In this document: positions 39,734-50,222 of the stretch, one piece after another
Numbering within the stretch: the stretch's first letter is position 1
Layout: each line of letters begins with the position of its first letter
NCBI GenBank assembly: GCA_040285745.1
Contig: JAUFOR010000004.1
Span: forward strand, 806,001-870,000
Length of the DNA: 64,000 bases
From: Barthelona sp. PCE
Taxonomy: Eukaryota
Direction: 5' to 3'
Position numbers and translations under genes: made by a program
Notes under the pieces: generated by a model
What the model was told of the DNA's origin: nothing
Databases searched by the model: none
What the model saw: the letters and a program-made list of their open reading frames with translations, nothing else

Positions 39734-40426
39734 TTAAAGAAGAGCACAGATTCGGGCAAAGAAACCCTTCTGCTCGTTTTCACTCTCTTCAGGGTTAGCC
39801 TTCTCAGCCTCCAGAACCTTAACACACAAATCGTGGAAAGTCTCTTCAATGTTAACCATTTCCTTGGCACTGGTCTCCAAGAAAAGACAACCAAGCTCTT
39901 CAGCAAGAGTCTGACCTTCAGCAAAGGTAATAACGCGGTGCTCATCTTCAAGATCACACTTGTTACCACAAATGATCATGGGAACATCCTTGTTCTGGGC
40001 TTCCTTAATCTGCTGGTGCAGCTCGCTGACCTTATGGAAAGATTCAAGAGAATCAATGGAATAAACGAGAATGAAACCAGATCCGGAATCATAATAAGCT
40101 TCACGGATAGAACTGAACTCCTGCTGTCCAGCAGTATCTAAGATGTCCAAAAGTACAGCGGTACCGTCTACATCATAAGGGCGACGGTGAGAATCTTCGA
40201 TGGTTGGATTATACTAGGTATTAGCTTATTATAACATTTTAGAATCTCGAAATGCTTCGCGGAACTGCTCTCATAACATTTAAAAGAACCTTCGCAAAAC
40301 TGATATTCAAGATTTTTTCTTAAAGTAACGTACCTTCTCGGAAAACTTACCTGAGACAAAGCGCTGGCATAAGCAACTCTTACCTACACCACCTGAACCA
40401 ACAATAACTATCTTAAACTGAGACAT
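39734..40426 (-). CDS. Ras/Rap-family small GTPase, two exons: 40426-40334 and 40213-39734
   Basis: Spliced sequence MSQFKIVIVGSGGVGKS...GKFSEK|YNPTIEDS...DILDTAGQQEF...GNKCD...ETSAK, ending in the CaaX motif CALL. Confidence 0.95.
40214..40333 (-). other. Spliceosomal intron, 120 nt, phase 0, with an internal hairpin
   Basis: GTACGT...GCTAATACCTAG. Removal joins the G1 P-loop exon to the effector loop in frame. Confidence 0.92.
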
Positions 40427-40820
40427 AATTGAAAACAAGGAATGAAAACGTTTTACAGGTTTTTATATTCATCTACCGGTTATAAGGAACATTAATACCA
40501 ATTTAAACACACTAATAAGTGACAATTTGCTGTATCTTGAGTATATTTTGAGTATTTTTAAAAATTCTCCCAAAAAACATAATCAACGGTATTTTGTGCT
40601 GTTTCTGAATCAATAAATATATTGTTAGCATTCAACGAAGCTGAATGCTTGTTTCAGAAAGGTTCAAACAACCCCTGTTTCAAAAATCTGTGTTCCTTAT
40701 TCATCTCTGGCTAAGTAATAGTCTGCAACATCGCCCCAAAGTGGTCCATGTGGTCCAAACAAAACGAAAGAAAACACTGTTTCTACAATTTTTTTACTTT
40801 TCACACACACAACTTTAAAC

Positions 40821-41063
40821 ATGAGTCTGACAGAGCGAATGGACAGAATAGGGGAGGTTTTCACCAAAGCACTGGATACCGCAGAAGAAAGCCTCATTAA
40901 CTCTGCAAAACATTTGGTTGTTGATCTTAACAGCGAAAAAACCAATGAGGTACATCAACAGCTTGCACTGGGGTATAATTCTAGCCATTTACACTCACTT
41001 AAAGAAGCAATGGCGTGCATAAACGAAATTGCCACATTAGCTTCTTCTGCTGCTGGTGAATAG
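40821..41063 (+). CDS. Small hypothetical helical protein (80 aa)
   Basis: ATG in an AAAC context after a pyrimidine-rich leader, protein-like composition, and it fills an intergenic gap. Confidence 0.5.
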   Translation: MSLTERMDRIGEVFTKALDTAEESLINSAKHLVVDLNSEKTNEVHQQLALGYNSSHLHSLKEAMACINEIATLASSAAGE

Positions 41064-41094
41064 TCTTCATATTTACAAAACACAATTCAACACA

Positions 41095-42598
41095 TCATCT
41101 GTCACAAATCTCTGATACTTTTTTCCCATTTTTGCGGACAATACGTACCTTTTTTGCAGGTGACATTGGTACTGATCCTCTTTGTGATTGATACCGACAT
41201 GAAACATTTCTATTCAACATGGAGCCGTGGACTGACCCGCGATGCGCTATCTTAGAAATAAAGGCATCAACCTGACCATCAGATGGTTGCATAACTGAAG
41301 TGGTTCAGCTTTACGTTATGCAAAAAATCAAAATTCCATATATCTTTTCCCTCTTGTAAAAGTTTCTCAATCTCTTGAGATTGAAAGAACAATTTCCCAC
41401 AATGACGGGAATACAATACCTTAAGTACGTGAACGAATAACTCAGCAGTTGAGCCAACAGAAGGACAAGAACTAATGTCTAATACATCAGCCAAATCGTC
41501 CACACTGCCCCTAACAGCCAATTCAACGCTGTCCAGCAAAGGTGATAAGAGTCTGCACTTGGGAGAACTACAATCCTGACTTTCATAACACCGTCCACAC
41601 TTACACCGCTTAACCAAAAGCTGCTGCACCCTCTGAACAATACTCGCAATGCTTTGGTTGCGTAGTTTATCTCCTGATATCTCTTCACTCACTAAATCCT
41701 GACAAGCTGCGTTTAACCATATCGAGTGTAAACTATCGGAATAAGCTCCACAATTGAAATTCTTTCGTTTACGCATTGAAGCAGCTATTAAAAGACGCAT
41801 ATCGGACATGGGTGCATCCTGTTTGTAACAAAATTTTGAATCTTCAACGCCACATTATCCAAACAGGAAATCGCATGGTATAGCAGAGTACTGTTCAACC
41901 GATGTATAGGATATGCTCCCGTGGTTTGCCTGAACTAGGCAATCAACCGACTTGAACATCGAGTGCGTGAACGGAAGCATGTCATTAAGGAATGAAGACC
42001 CACCACCCAACAAACACCTGAAAGGTTCTTTGGTGCTGTCACTCATTGGCACTTCAAACTCAACTGCAAAGGCTTCCTGTGTGTAATCTGTTGACTTCTT
42101 GCTCTTCACATGCGGGATAAATAATGTAGTTTTAAAAATGCGATCCCGAACAAAACAACGATAACCGTAATGACGCCCTTTTGGGAACATCCCCAACCGC
42201 ATGTGCTCTGAAGGTACACGTACATAATCCCACTCACTGTTTTCGTGAATAACGTCCCAGTCCGTTTCGTCACGTTGAATGTGTGTAAAACGAACTCCAT
42301 CCATCGATCTTATCACGTCACATAACTCTGATGTGTACCCGTTATAGCTATCGTCGGTGTACGTGTTGATTAATTCAATCTCCAGTGCTCCCTGAAGTAA
42401 ATACTCACTGCCCCACAACAATTCAAAAATCCTTTCAAACGCTATGCACCGATATCCTGTGTCAATGATCGCGGCATAATTACCTATTCTGACAACATAA
42501 AACATGTAAGTATGCTGTGTTGGCAGACAGATAAAAGATAGACAAAATGGCAGTTTCAGCTGTTCTCCATCTATCTCTATCACATCAAGCTCGCCCAT
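41095..42598 (-). pseudogene. Interrupted ComEC/Rec2-type metallo-beta-lactamase-fold gene (in-frame TAA at 41857-41855; possible +1 frameshift near 41290)
   Basis: AAIIDTG, LINTYTDDSYNG (cf. THxDxDHxxG), CLLGGG (cf. LLxGD) and VDCLVQANHGS (cf. vdxLKvxHHGS). ORFs 42598-41855 and 41809-41279 are in the same frame and separated only by one TAA. Confidence 0.55.
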
Positions 42599-43073
42599 TT
42601 GACCTTTAAAAGATTTAAATATCGGAAATTCACTATTCCCAAAGTCAGAAATGCATGTAAAACTGTCTTACTTCCCACAATCATCTAAAAATAACTGTAA
42701 ATCATCCAAAGTATCAACTGTGCCAGGTTTGCCCCCACAACAACATCATTATTATCGGTCATTGTTGGAAAAAGGTTGGAAATTGTAATCAATACTTTTG
42801 GTAACTATGAGTAAACAATATTTCGAGGGAATAAAATGGATTTAAAGTTAACATCGAACACACATAACGTAAAGTGCAATCTGTACACAATTCCGAACAA
42901 TAAGAATGGTAGATACTATTCTTAAAAGACACTGTGACGCTTCCACCGTTCTAAACCTAACAACATGTAACATGTGAGTACATGAACTAGTTAAATTGCA
43001 GGATAAGAAACGTACTAATACCAGGCAGCTTCTTGTTTTCTTTCCATTTACATTGTTGAAACTCTAATCTCAC

Positions 43074-46000
43074 ATGGAGCATTTATACCAGTTATTTGAG
43101 GAATATTCCGAGGCAAACACAGCCGAAAAACTGCACAACATTTCGGATTTAATACATGAACTTAAAGATAGCAGTCCTGACGATGTTGTAATCGGTTCTT
43201 TGCACCTTGCACGTGACAAGGATCAGGTGGTAGGTATTAGACAGACCAGTCTTTATTACCTGAGTCAATGGCTTTCTAAAAACGATAACTCAGCCTGGGA
43301 TGATCTTAACAATTCCTCTAGGGAGGAGATCAAACAGGGTCTGCTCGAGTTCGCCTCAGAAGTCAGCAATAAGGTTATCAGTATTCAATTAGCTACAACT
43401 ATTGCACATCTTGCCCGTAGTGCTTTTGCTGAGGGTGAGTGGGATGATCTTTTCCCATTCCTTGGTAGTTTTGCACAGGAAGATGACGTTGTTCCCCAAC
43501 GAATGGCTATGCTTATCCTCGCAGCTGGTGCAGCCACTTTTGTTCGTGCTTTGGAGGAAGACATTCACTATGTCGCTGATCTCATCCACCCTCTTATCTC
43601 CAGCAAGGACTCTAACGTTTGCGAATCAGCTATCTCTGCCTATGCTAACGTTGTTACACTCATTATCAATCCCGAGACTGTTTCGCACTTCGACGAGGGT
43701 TACCTTGCCTGTATCCAATCCCTAGGAGATCTCATTGAGGCTGAGAAGTACGAGTCCGCCACACATGTCATGAAGTATCTCATATCGCTGGCGACTAAGC
43801 ATCCTCGTTATGCCAAGGAGAACATTAATGTCCTCACTGATTTGATGCTGAGCGTCGTTAACGCTGATGTATATGAGGAGCTGCGTATGATATGCCTCGA
43901 ATATATGTGCACATTATGTGAATCTCTCCCAACGGAGATCAAGAAAGTTCCTGATTTCATCTCGAATTTGGTCCAGCAGTGTGTTCTTCTTGCTTCCACA
44001 TTTGAAGAGATTGAAGGTTTTGAGGATTTCGCACGAAGCGATCCAGTTGATGCCGAGGGATTCCCTCTTGCCATTCAAGCTATCGAGGTTCTTGATCGAA
44101 TCTCACCCTACGTTGCTGATGTTGAGTACTTGGAGATGATACTCGCATTATTCACAGAAATGGCACAATCAGAGGACTGGAATGATAGACTTGCTGTCGC
44201 TGATGCCCTAACTGTCGTCTTTGAGGGTATTGTTGATTTTATCACTCCACAAACGCTTCTTCAGATTGTGGAACTGGCTTGCAACCTCGCAAACGATAGT
44301 CATGTTCAGGTACAGTGGTCTGGTCTCAACTGTATCGGTGAGTTCCCGCTTCGCCTCCACTTCCGTATCAATGACGTTGCACTTCAGTTGCTCGAGTTCC
44401 TGTTTGAGTTTGCCCTCGAGGAACATGCTAACCGTATTATGGCACAGGCAGTTAACTCCATCGCAGCCATCATCCGTCTGGTAGACTTTGAGATTGCACA
44501 AGAAGTTATCGAACAGGTGTTACAGGTGTTTATTTCAAACATCCAGTCTGGTTTTGATGATACCCGTAACGATGTCGTTCTCATGCTCAGTTGCGCATGC
44601 TCAGAGTTCCCCTCCCTCATTGAGTATCAGGAGATATACGATGATATCGTCCCCTTCCTTAAGGAACAGATCGTCATAGATCACACAAAAGATTCAGCAG
44701 TGTTTCGCGGTCGTTGCTTTGAGTGCCTCACTCTTCTGGGTAACTGTTACGAAGAAAAATTCGCTGAAGATGTACCCGAAATTATTGAGTATCTTCTTGA
44801 ACTGCGTGAATTTTTCAATGAAAACGAAGCAGAAATTGAAGATTTCGACATAGATTTATTGGATCGTTCCATTGTTCGTATCTGTGATGCTATTAAGGGA
44901 GAATTTGCTTCTTATTATGAGCGTATTGCTGCTATCTGGTACCCCATCATCGAACGAAGAGAGTCAATGGTTGTCAACAACGATTTCTTCGGTGATTTGG
45001 AAGACCTTGAGCTTGATGATGGTATTGATGGTATGGTTGTTGATGAGAACAGTGGTCCTGCATTTTATGGATTCCACTCTGTTGCTTTCAAGGAGAAGTG
45101 TGAGGCTATCCGTAACATTAGCTGTTGTTGCAAGTTTATGGGAGCAGAGTCAATTCAGTTTTTGGAGAAGATCCTGGATTTGTTTGAAGAGAAAATTGAC
45201 TATTTTAAGTTGGAGGTTGCCATTGCTGCGATCGGTGGTTGTCGTACCGTCCTTGAACTTCTCATGTCCTTAGATATGGAAGACAGCACCGTTTCTACAC
45301 TCTTCACAACTACACTGCACTCGGTCACAAATCACATACTCGCTTCCTTGGAGAAGGATACCAATATTTACGCTATCCAACAGTATGCTGCCAACTTTAA
45401 ATTCCTGCTGGACAATGTCGATGTCGAATATCTTGATTATGATGTTATTGTCCGCCCTGTTATGGGTCTTTGTCTGGAAAAGTTCAACTTCATGCTCCAG
45501 CATCGTGAAACAAACATGCAAGATAGGGAGAACATTGTTATTGGAGACGAGATTGAGGATTATGAGCTTACAAAGGCTCTCTCTGAACTCGCAGAAGTCT
45601 TTATCATTAAACTTGGTGCCGATATCGAGGATCTCGCCCTTGCACTGGGTAAGGAGTTCCTTGCTTTCATCAGTGATGAAAACTCTATGAAGCATGATCG
45701 TCACTATATCTTCTGTTACCTTCTTGACTGTGTTGAACACATCCCTGAACCTTCTGAGGAGATGTTCGAGCTCCTTGAGACGATGAACAGTATTTTCGCA
45801 GACGTTGATCTCTTCGAAGCAGTTGAGAGTGATCCTGACTTTGCTCAGACCTTCATCTTTTCATTTGGCATGTTTGCTGAGAAGCAGCCGAACTTGCTGT
45901 CAGGAGATCGAATCAAGGAGAGTATGGACAACATTGTCACCTTCCTCAATTCTGAGATGGCCGATCACCCAAAGAACGGGCAGATCTACGACAACGCTGT

Positions 46001-46352
46001 TGCCACATTACATCGTTATCAGGAGTTCCTTGATGTTGATGATGAGACAAAGGAGCAGCTCTGGGAGATCGTCGCTTCAAGTCTGCCTCTGAAGCAGGAT
46101 GATCTGGAGGCCAAGGTTTTCTACCCCAAACTCATGAATGACTTCGATAGTCTTAATGATAGCTTGAAGAAGAGTATCTTTATTGGTTTGGTACAGGCTG
46201 CTGATACAGATATGTATCCTTACACTGAAATTTACACTCCTTTCCTTCGAAAGCACGCTGATGAGTTCGGTAGTGTCATTGAAGATGAGAAGCTTATGAC
46301 GAAATTTGAGCGTATTATCACATCCGATATTCGTCGAATTGTTCTTGAATAA
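43074..46352 (+). CDS. Importin-beta family karyopherin (importin-5/Kap121 or importin-4-like)
   Basis: 1092-aa acidic HEAT protein: GEWDDLFPFL, SEDWNDRLA, FRGRCFECLTLLG, YDNAVATL and LPLKQDDLEA. Confidence 0.88.
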   Translation: MEHLYQLFEEYSEANTAEKLHNISDLIHELKDSSPDDVVIGSLHLARDKDQVVGIRQTSLYYLSQWLSKNDNSAWDDLNNSSREEIKQGLLEFASEVSNKVISIQLATTIAHLARSAFAEGEWDDLFPFLGSFAQEDDVVPQRMAMLILAAGAATFVRALEEDIHYVADLIHPLISSKDSNVCESAISAYANVVTLIINPETVSHFDEGYLACIQSLGDLIEAEKYESATHVMKYLISLATKHPRYAKENINVLTDLMLSVVNADVYEELRMICLEYMCTLCESLPTEIKKVPDFISNLVQQCVLLASTFEEIEGFEDFARSDPVDAEGFPLAIQAIEVLDRISPYVADVEYLEMILALFTEMAQSEDWNDRLAVADALTVVFEGIVDFITPQTLLQIVELACNLANDSHVQVQWSGLNCIGEFPLRLHFRINDVALQLLEFLFEFALEEHANRIMAQAVNSIAAIIRLVDFEIAQEVIEQVLQVFISNIQSGFDDTRNDVVLMLSCACSEFPSLIEYQEIYDDIVPFLKEQIVIDHTKDSAVFRGRCFECLTLLGNCYEEKFAEDVPEIIEYLLELREFFNENEAEIEDFDIDLLDRSIVRICDAIKGEFASYYERIAAIWYPIIERRESMVVNNDFFGDLEDLELDDGIDGMVVDENSGPAFYGFHSVAFKEKCEAIRNISCCCKFMGAESIQFLEKILDLFEEKIDYFKLEVAIAAIGGCRTVLELLMSLDMEDSTVSTLFTTTLHSVTNHILASLEKDTNIYAIQQYAANFKFLLDNVDVEYLDYDVIVRPVMGLCLEKFNFMLQHRETNMQDRENIVIGDEIEDYELTKALSELAEVFIIKLGADIEDLALALGKEFLAFISDENSMKHDRHYIFCYLLDCVEHIPEPSEEMFELLETMNSIFADVDLFEAVESDPDFAQTFIFSFGMFAEKQPNLLSGDRIKESMDNIVTFLNSEMADHPKNGQIYDNAVATLHRYQEFLDVDDETKEQLWEIVASSLPLKQDDLEAKVFYPKLMNDFDSLNDSLKKSIFIGLVQAADTDMYPYTEIYTPFLRKHADEFGSVIEDEKLMTKFERIITSDIRRIVLE

Positions 46353-46363
46353 ATCAATATTAA

Positions 46364-49270
46364 TTAGAATATTTCATCTTGCAGCTCAACAACAACACGA
46401 TGATTTCTAACGCTCAAGATAATATCCTCATTCATTTCTATGTTGATAACCCTATAAATGAACTGATCTCGACATCTGATTTCTGTTAACAGTTCAAAAA
46501 TAGGTGCGGTGGGCAAATGATCACTTCCAAAAACGAAATCTTTGTCGAAAACCAATTTTTCATGCTCAAAAAAGTTCTTGTCTCCCATTTTGGCTCGGAT
46601 AACATCAAGTTCAGATTTTAAACTCAAAATTTCACGTCTAAACAAATCAGTACAGAAAACTCCTTCCAACATCTTAAATTCACTCGAATTTCCAAAAATT
46701 TTCAATTCTGTGAACGCTGAAGATGATAGTGAGAAGTTAGTTCCGTTAAAGAAACCCATACAAACCGGAATAACATCAATCACTAATGGAGGTTGAACAA
46801 TCCCGTATCTGGTATAAAAAAAACTCCCTAACAAATTATAAAACGTAGATACACATCGCTCCATACGCAACAGAGTCTGTAAATCACTCATATTGCGTTC
46901 AAATCGGCCCTGTTCAGTTAAATTACTCTTTGAAATGTGGTCTTCAAAAAAACCAGCAAGCACAATATTTTCATTAAAGCAAACTCGAATAATCCCCGTC
47001 TCTTCAGCCGACATTATGGCGTTGTATATAAAAACAACCGCCTCAGCTCTCTGAGACTCATTTAGAGTTGCTAGAAATCCATGAACAGGAAAAACCGCAA
47101 CAACAGCCCTTCTCATTGGTGCTTTTATCGCACAAGCATCCACCAGAAACCCGCGAGGGAAACAGCGGGCGATGTCCTTAGCAACAGCTGATACCATATT
47201 GTGACCGGCTACCAGTTTCTCCATAATTGCTGCATCAATATTCGTTGCAATCATAAGTGATGAATAATATGTGAATACCACAAAAGTCATACCGAATAGG
47301 CCTGTAGGGAATAAATCTAGGAATAATACTAATGATATTGGAACTACATATGCAAATAGTGCTGTGCATTTAACGCTGTATATACCCATACTGTGAATAA
47401 TCATGCACATGACCTGCAAAGATGAATCTAGTTTTTTGTTTCCAGATGCAAACCAAAACACAGCAGTAAAACAATATACGACAGCTAACATATTGTACAG
47501 CAGTCGCATTCTCCTCCTCATCTGGACTTCTGACAGTTTGTCAATGAAGCAAAGACGAAGCGAGACATACAGGAAAAACACAATGAAAGCTAGAGTGCAG
47601 TAACTGGAATAATATAAACCGCTTGCTAATATACTGGTAACAAGAATGGAAAAAACGAAAAATTGAATCACAAAAGCGAATAGTTCGAGGTTAAACAGTG
47701 GTGTGATAAACTGCAACATGCCGCTACAAACCTCATCGCTATCTGGGTTTAAAACAGTGCAATTCGTGCAAATACAGCGACCATACATGTTACGAACACA
47801 GCCCAAACTCTCATATCGCACTAACACATCTCTGTCGAACTTAAGTACTGGCTTGAGAACAGGATACTGCCTCTTCTCACATAGTGCTGCCAAAAGAGAG
47901 AGGCAGTTGCATCCCATAGATTCGGGCTCATGCATCAACATTTCACGTACACCGAACAACGAGCTTGTATCTGTTGCCATCGCAGTATCACAGTTGAGCC
48001 CATCCAAGCTACTGAGCCGCAGACAGACGTATGACTCGTCCAGTGTGTACTCAATATCAACGTTTTGAAGTAGTGCATCGCTACACAACGCACATCTAAG
48101 AGCTGATTTGTGAAGATACACGGTGTCCAGCGACGGTTCGTTGTCACCAAAGCAGCACATACAATCACTAATAGTTATCATGTTGCTGTCATAAAACCCA
48201 CAGATATAGTGCGAGGTCATTGCGGATTCAAACACAGTCACCGTCACATTCAGTTGATGCATCATCGTGTTGCTGAACAGAGATATGACGGCCAGTAAGC
48301 GGAAAGCAAATGGAATCACATCTGCATAGAAGGTTTTTGGGCACTCATCAAGGATAGCCTTCACTGATTTAGCACCACGCATAGGGTTGCACAAGTTAGC
48401 ATCTAGTGAGTGTCCAATATATAAGTGTGTATCACTTGACGTGTAAACTCGCAGTTCCGTGCCCAATATAAGTCGGTCAATGATATTACAGATCTTCGAA
48501 AAAATCCGTGTGCCGAATAAACCTTGATCATCCCTATGAAAGCGCACACCAATAAACGGGAGTCGCTCAGCTCCAAAAGAGAAGCCACGCGGGGTATGCA
48601 TGCTGGTTAGATCTTTGTTAGTAAGGTTCACAGTTCTACTCAACAGATACATCAAGCGACTATCTGGCTGACCATAAAACATCGAGCCATCTATCACTTC
48701 CGCAACTGGGACGCACATCCTTCCCCTATATGCCTCAAACAGAAATATCTGACCCGTTCGAGAGAACCGACTGCGAAGAATTACACAATCCTTAACTAGT
48801 TGACTGTGCATTGTTGATACTCCATTCATAACATCTTCACGTGTTCGGGTGTACTGGCTGCGCACCATCACCTCTATAACGAGTTCTAGGTCCACTATAA
48901 CCATTCTCACAGGATATTTGAAGACAACCGAATAAAACAAACCTGAAAGACAAGCAAGACGCCCTATAAGGCCAGAACGGTGATCAATCGCTGTTGAATA
49001 GAAGGTCATTAGCACAACGGGAAAATATAGCGGTGTACATGCGCGTGTAAATATTACAACACATCCAAAAACTGTAGGAAACGAAAAAATCAATGATATG
49101 GTTCTTCTAACATCTAAAGATGTTGAGTAAAGTATGTTTAACAATGCAAACATGCCCAAATTAACCGAAAAAAGCAAACGTAACCACAAAACTTCATCAT
49201 AAAACAAGACCATAAATATTTGCGAAATCAACCCCAATTTAAGTTGCCTTGTGATATTTCCCTGATCCAT
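46364..49270 (-). CDS. Polytopic membrane protein, probably a degenerate class III nucleotidyl cyclase (TM-C1-TM-C2)
   Basis: Two TM clusters, each followed by a soluble domain. The second soluble domain has CFPRGF...VVAVFPVHGF...AEAVVFIY...VIDVIPVCMGFF, with cyclase-like spacing but no catalytic Asp. Confidence 0.45.
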   Translation of the reverse strand: MDQGNITRQLKLGLISQIFMVLFYDEVLWLRLLFSVNLGMFALLNILYSTSLDVRRTISLIFSFPTVFGCVVIFTRACTPLYFPVVLMTFYSTAIDHRSGLIGRLACLSGLFYSVVFKYPVRMVIVDLELVIEVMVRSQYTRTREDVMNGVSTMHSQLVKDCVILRSRFSRTGQIFLFEAYRGRMCVPVAEVIDGSMFYGQPDSRLMYLLSRTVNLTNKDLTSMHTPRGFSFGAERLPFIGVRFHRDDQGLFGTRIFSKICNIIDRLILGTELRVYTSSDTHLYIGHSLDANLCNPMRGAKSVKAILDECPKTFYADVIPFAFRLLAVISLFSNTMMHQLNVTVTVFESAMTSHYICGFYDSNMITISDCMCCFGDNEPSLDTVYLHKSALRCALCSDALLQNVDIEYTLDESYVCLRLSSLDGLNCDTAMATDTSSLFGVREMLMHEPESMGCNCLSLLAALCEKRQYPVLKPVLKFDRDVLVRYESLGCVRNMYGRCICTNCTVLNPDSDEVCSGMLQFITPLFNLELFAFVIQFFVFSILVTSILASGLYYSSYCTLAFIVFFLYVSLRLCFIDKLSEVQMRRRMRLLYNMLAVVYCFTAVFWFASGNKKLDSSLQVMCMIIHSMGIYSVKCTALFAYVVPISLVLFLDLFPTGLFGMTFVVFTYYSSLMIATNIDAAIMEKLVAGHNMVSAVAKDIARCFPRGFLVDACAIKAPMRRAVVAVFPVHGFLATLNESQRAEAVVFIYNAIMSAEETGIIRVCFNENIVLAGFFEDHISKSNLTEQGRFERNMSDLQTLLRMERCVSTFYNLLGSFFYTRYGIVQPPLVIDVIPVCMGFFNGTNFSLSSSAFTELKIFGNSSEFKMLEGVFCTDLFRREILSLKSELDVIRAKMGDKNFFEHEKLVFDKDFVFGSDHLPTAPIFELLTEIRCRDQFIYRVINIEMNEDIILSVRNHRVVVELQDEIF

Positions 49271-49302
49271 AAGCGTGAATAAAAGAAAAAAAATGTTTAC
49301 AA

Positions 49303-50061
49303 CTATCGATTATGTTTTCTATCTTTCTCCTTCATTTTAACTTCTCTTTCAAATAGTTTATGGATTCTACCCTTGTTTAACCTGGTGTGATTTAGTTTTT
49401 TCTCCTTTCGTCGAGCTAATCGTTGAGGATTTAAAATTCGAAGCCAACTAATACTGAATGTGTTTAATCCCAATGGCGTAAAGTCGTTATACCAATCAAC
49501 CATTCCGCAGTACTGGAATATAAGCCTGAAAAAATTGCTAAAAGAATCTGTTATGTAATAGTACAAGCAATCTCTTGACTGAAGATAGAACTGAGGAGTA
49601 TCTATCCTATTCTTATGATACACCATCAAAAGATTGCTATTTGTCAGTGATGAGTCCAATTTAAAGCATGCAAAGTTCTTCATCGACACGCGGATGTTGG
49701 GACTTTCAGTCAGGTTTCCATCTTCATCTGTTTCATATGAATCACATAGCCATGACTCCTCCTTGGCGTTCGGGTGATACTGTTTAATCTCGCTTAAGAG
49801 ATTCAAACGCATACTACCCTGCATTGAAGAATCAGAAAATCTGTATGAAATATCGAACCCATTAAAGATAGAATAAAGGTTCCGTAGATCATCAGGAAGA
49901 ATATATGGTGAATTGTCCCGCTCCCATTGCACGAAATCAAGCTCTGTAACGCCAGGAAACAGTTGTTTCTTGATATCTTCAACCAAAGGACTGCTTTTCA
50001 AACGTAACAAGATCCCTGAGCCCTCCAAATCGCTTATTAATGCATCCTCATTGAAAGTCAT
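49303..50061 (-). CDS. TPGS2: Tubulin polyglutamylase complex subunit 2 (SMI1/KNR4-like fold)
   Basis: WERDNSPYILPDDLRNLYSIFNGF, GSMRLNLL and YYITDSFSNFFRL...G..DW...FTPLGL. Confidence 0.85.
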   Translation of the reverse strand: MTFNEDALISDLEGSGILLRLKSSPLVEDIKKQLFPGVTELDFVQWERDNSPYILPDDLRNLYSIFNGFDISYRFSDSSMQGSMRLNLLSEIKQYHPNAKEESWLCDSYETDEDGNLTESPNIRVSMKNFACFKLDSSLTNSNLLMVYHKNRIDTPQFYLQSRDCLYYYITDSFSNFFRLIFQYCGMVDWYNDFTPLGLNTFSISWLRILNPQRLARRKEKKLNHTRLNKGRIHKLFEREVKMKEKDRKHNR

Positions 50062-50222
50062 CGTATGCAACAAAAAGAAAAGTGGTGAAAATGTGAAGGC
50101 ATGTGTTTCTTGTCCTAACCGTTACTTTGTGGAGTACAACGCCCTAGCTTCTGTGTGCGCTGCAACTCAAAGAACTGTTATTTCCAACAAAATCGTTAAT
50201 TCGTATTCTACCTTTTTCAGCG

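Noticed and set aside
42974-43024. Possible 5' intron of importin (GTGAGT...ACTAATACCAG)
   Set aside because: Branch-to-AG spacing is one base shorter than in the three supported introns, and splicing gives a frame that stops (TAA) before the importin ATG. It cannot be supported without RNA data.
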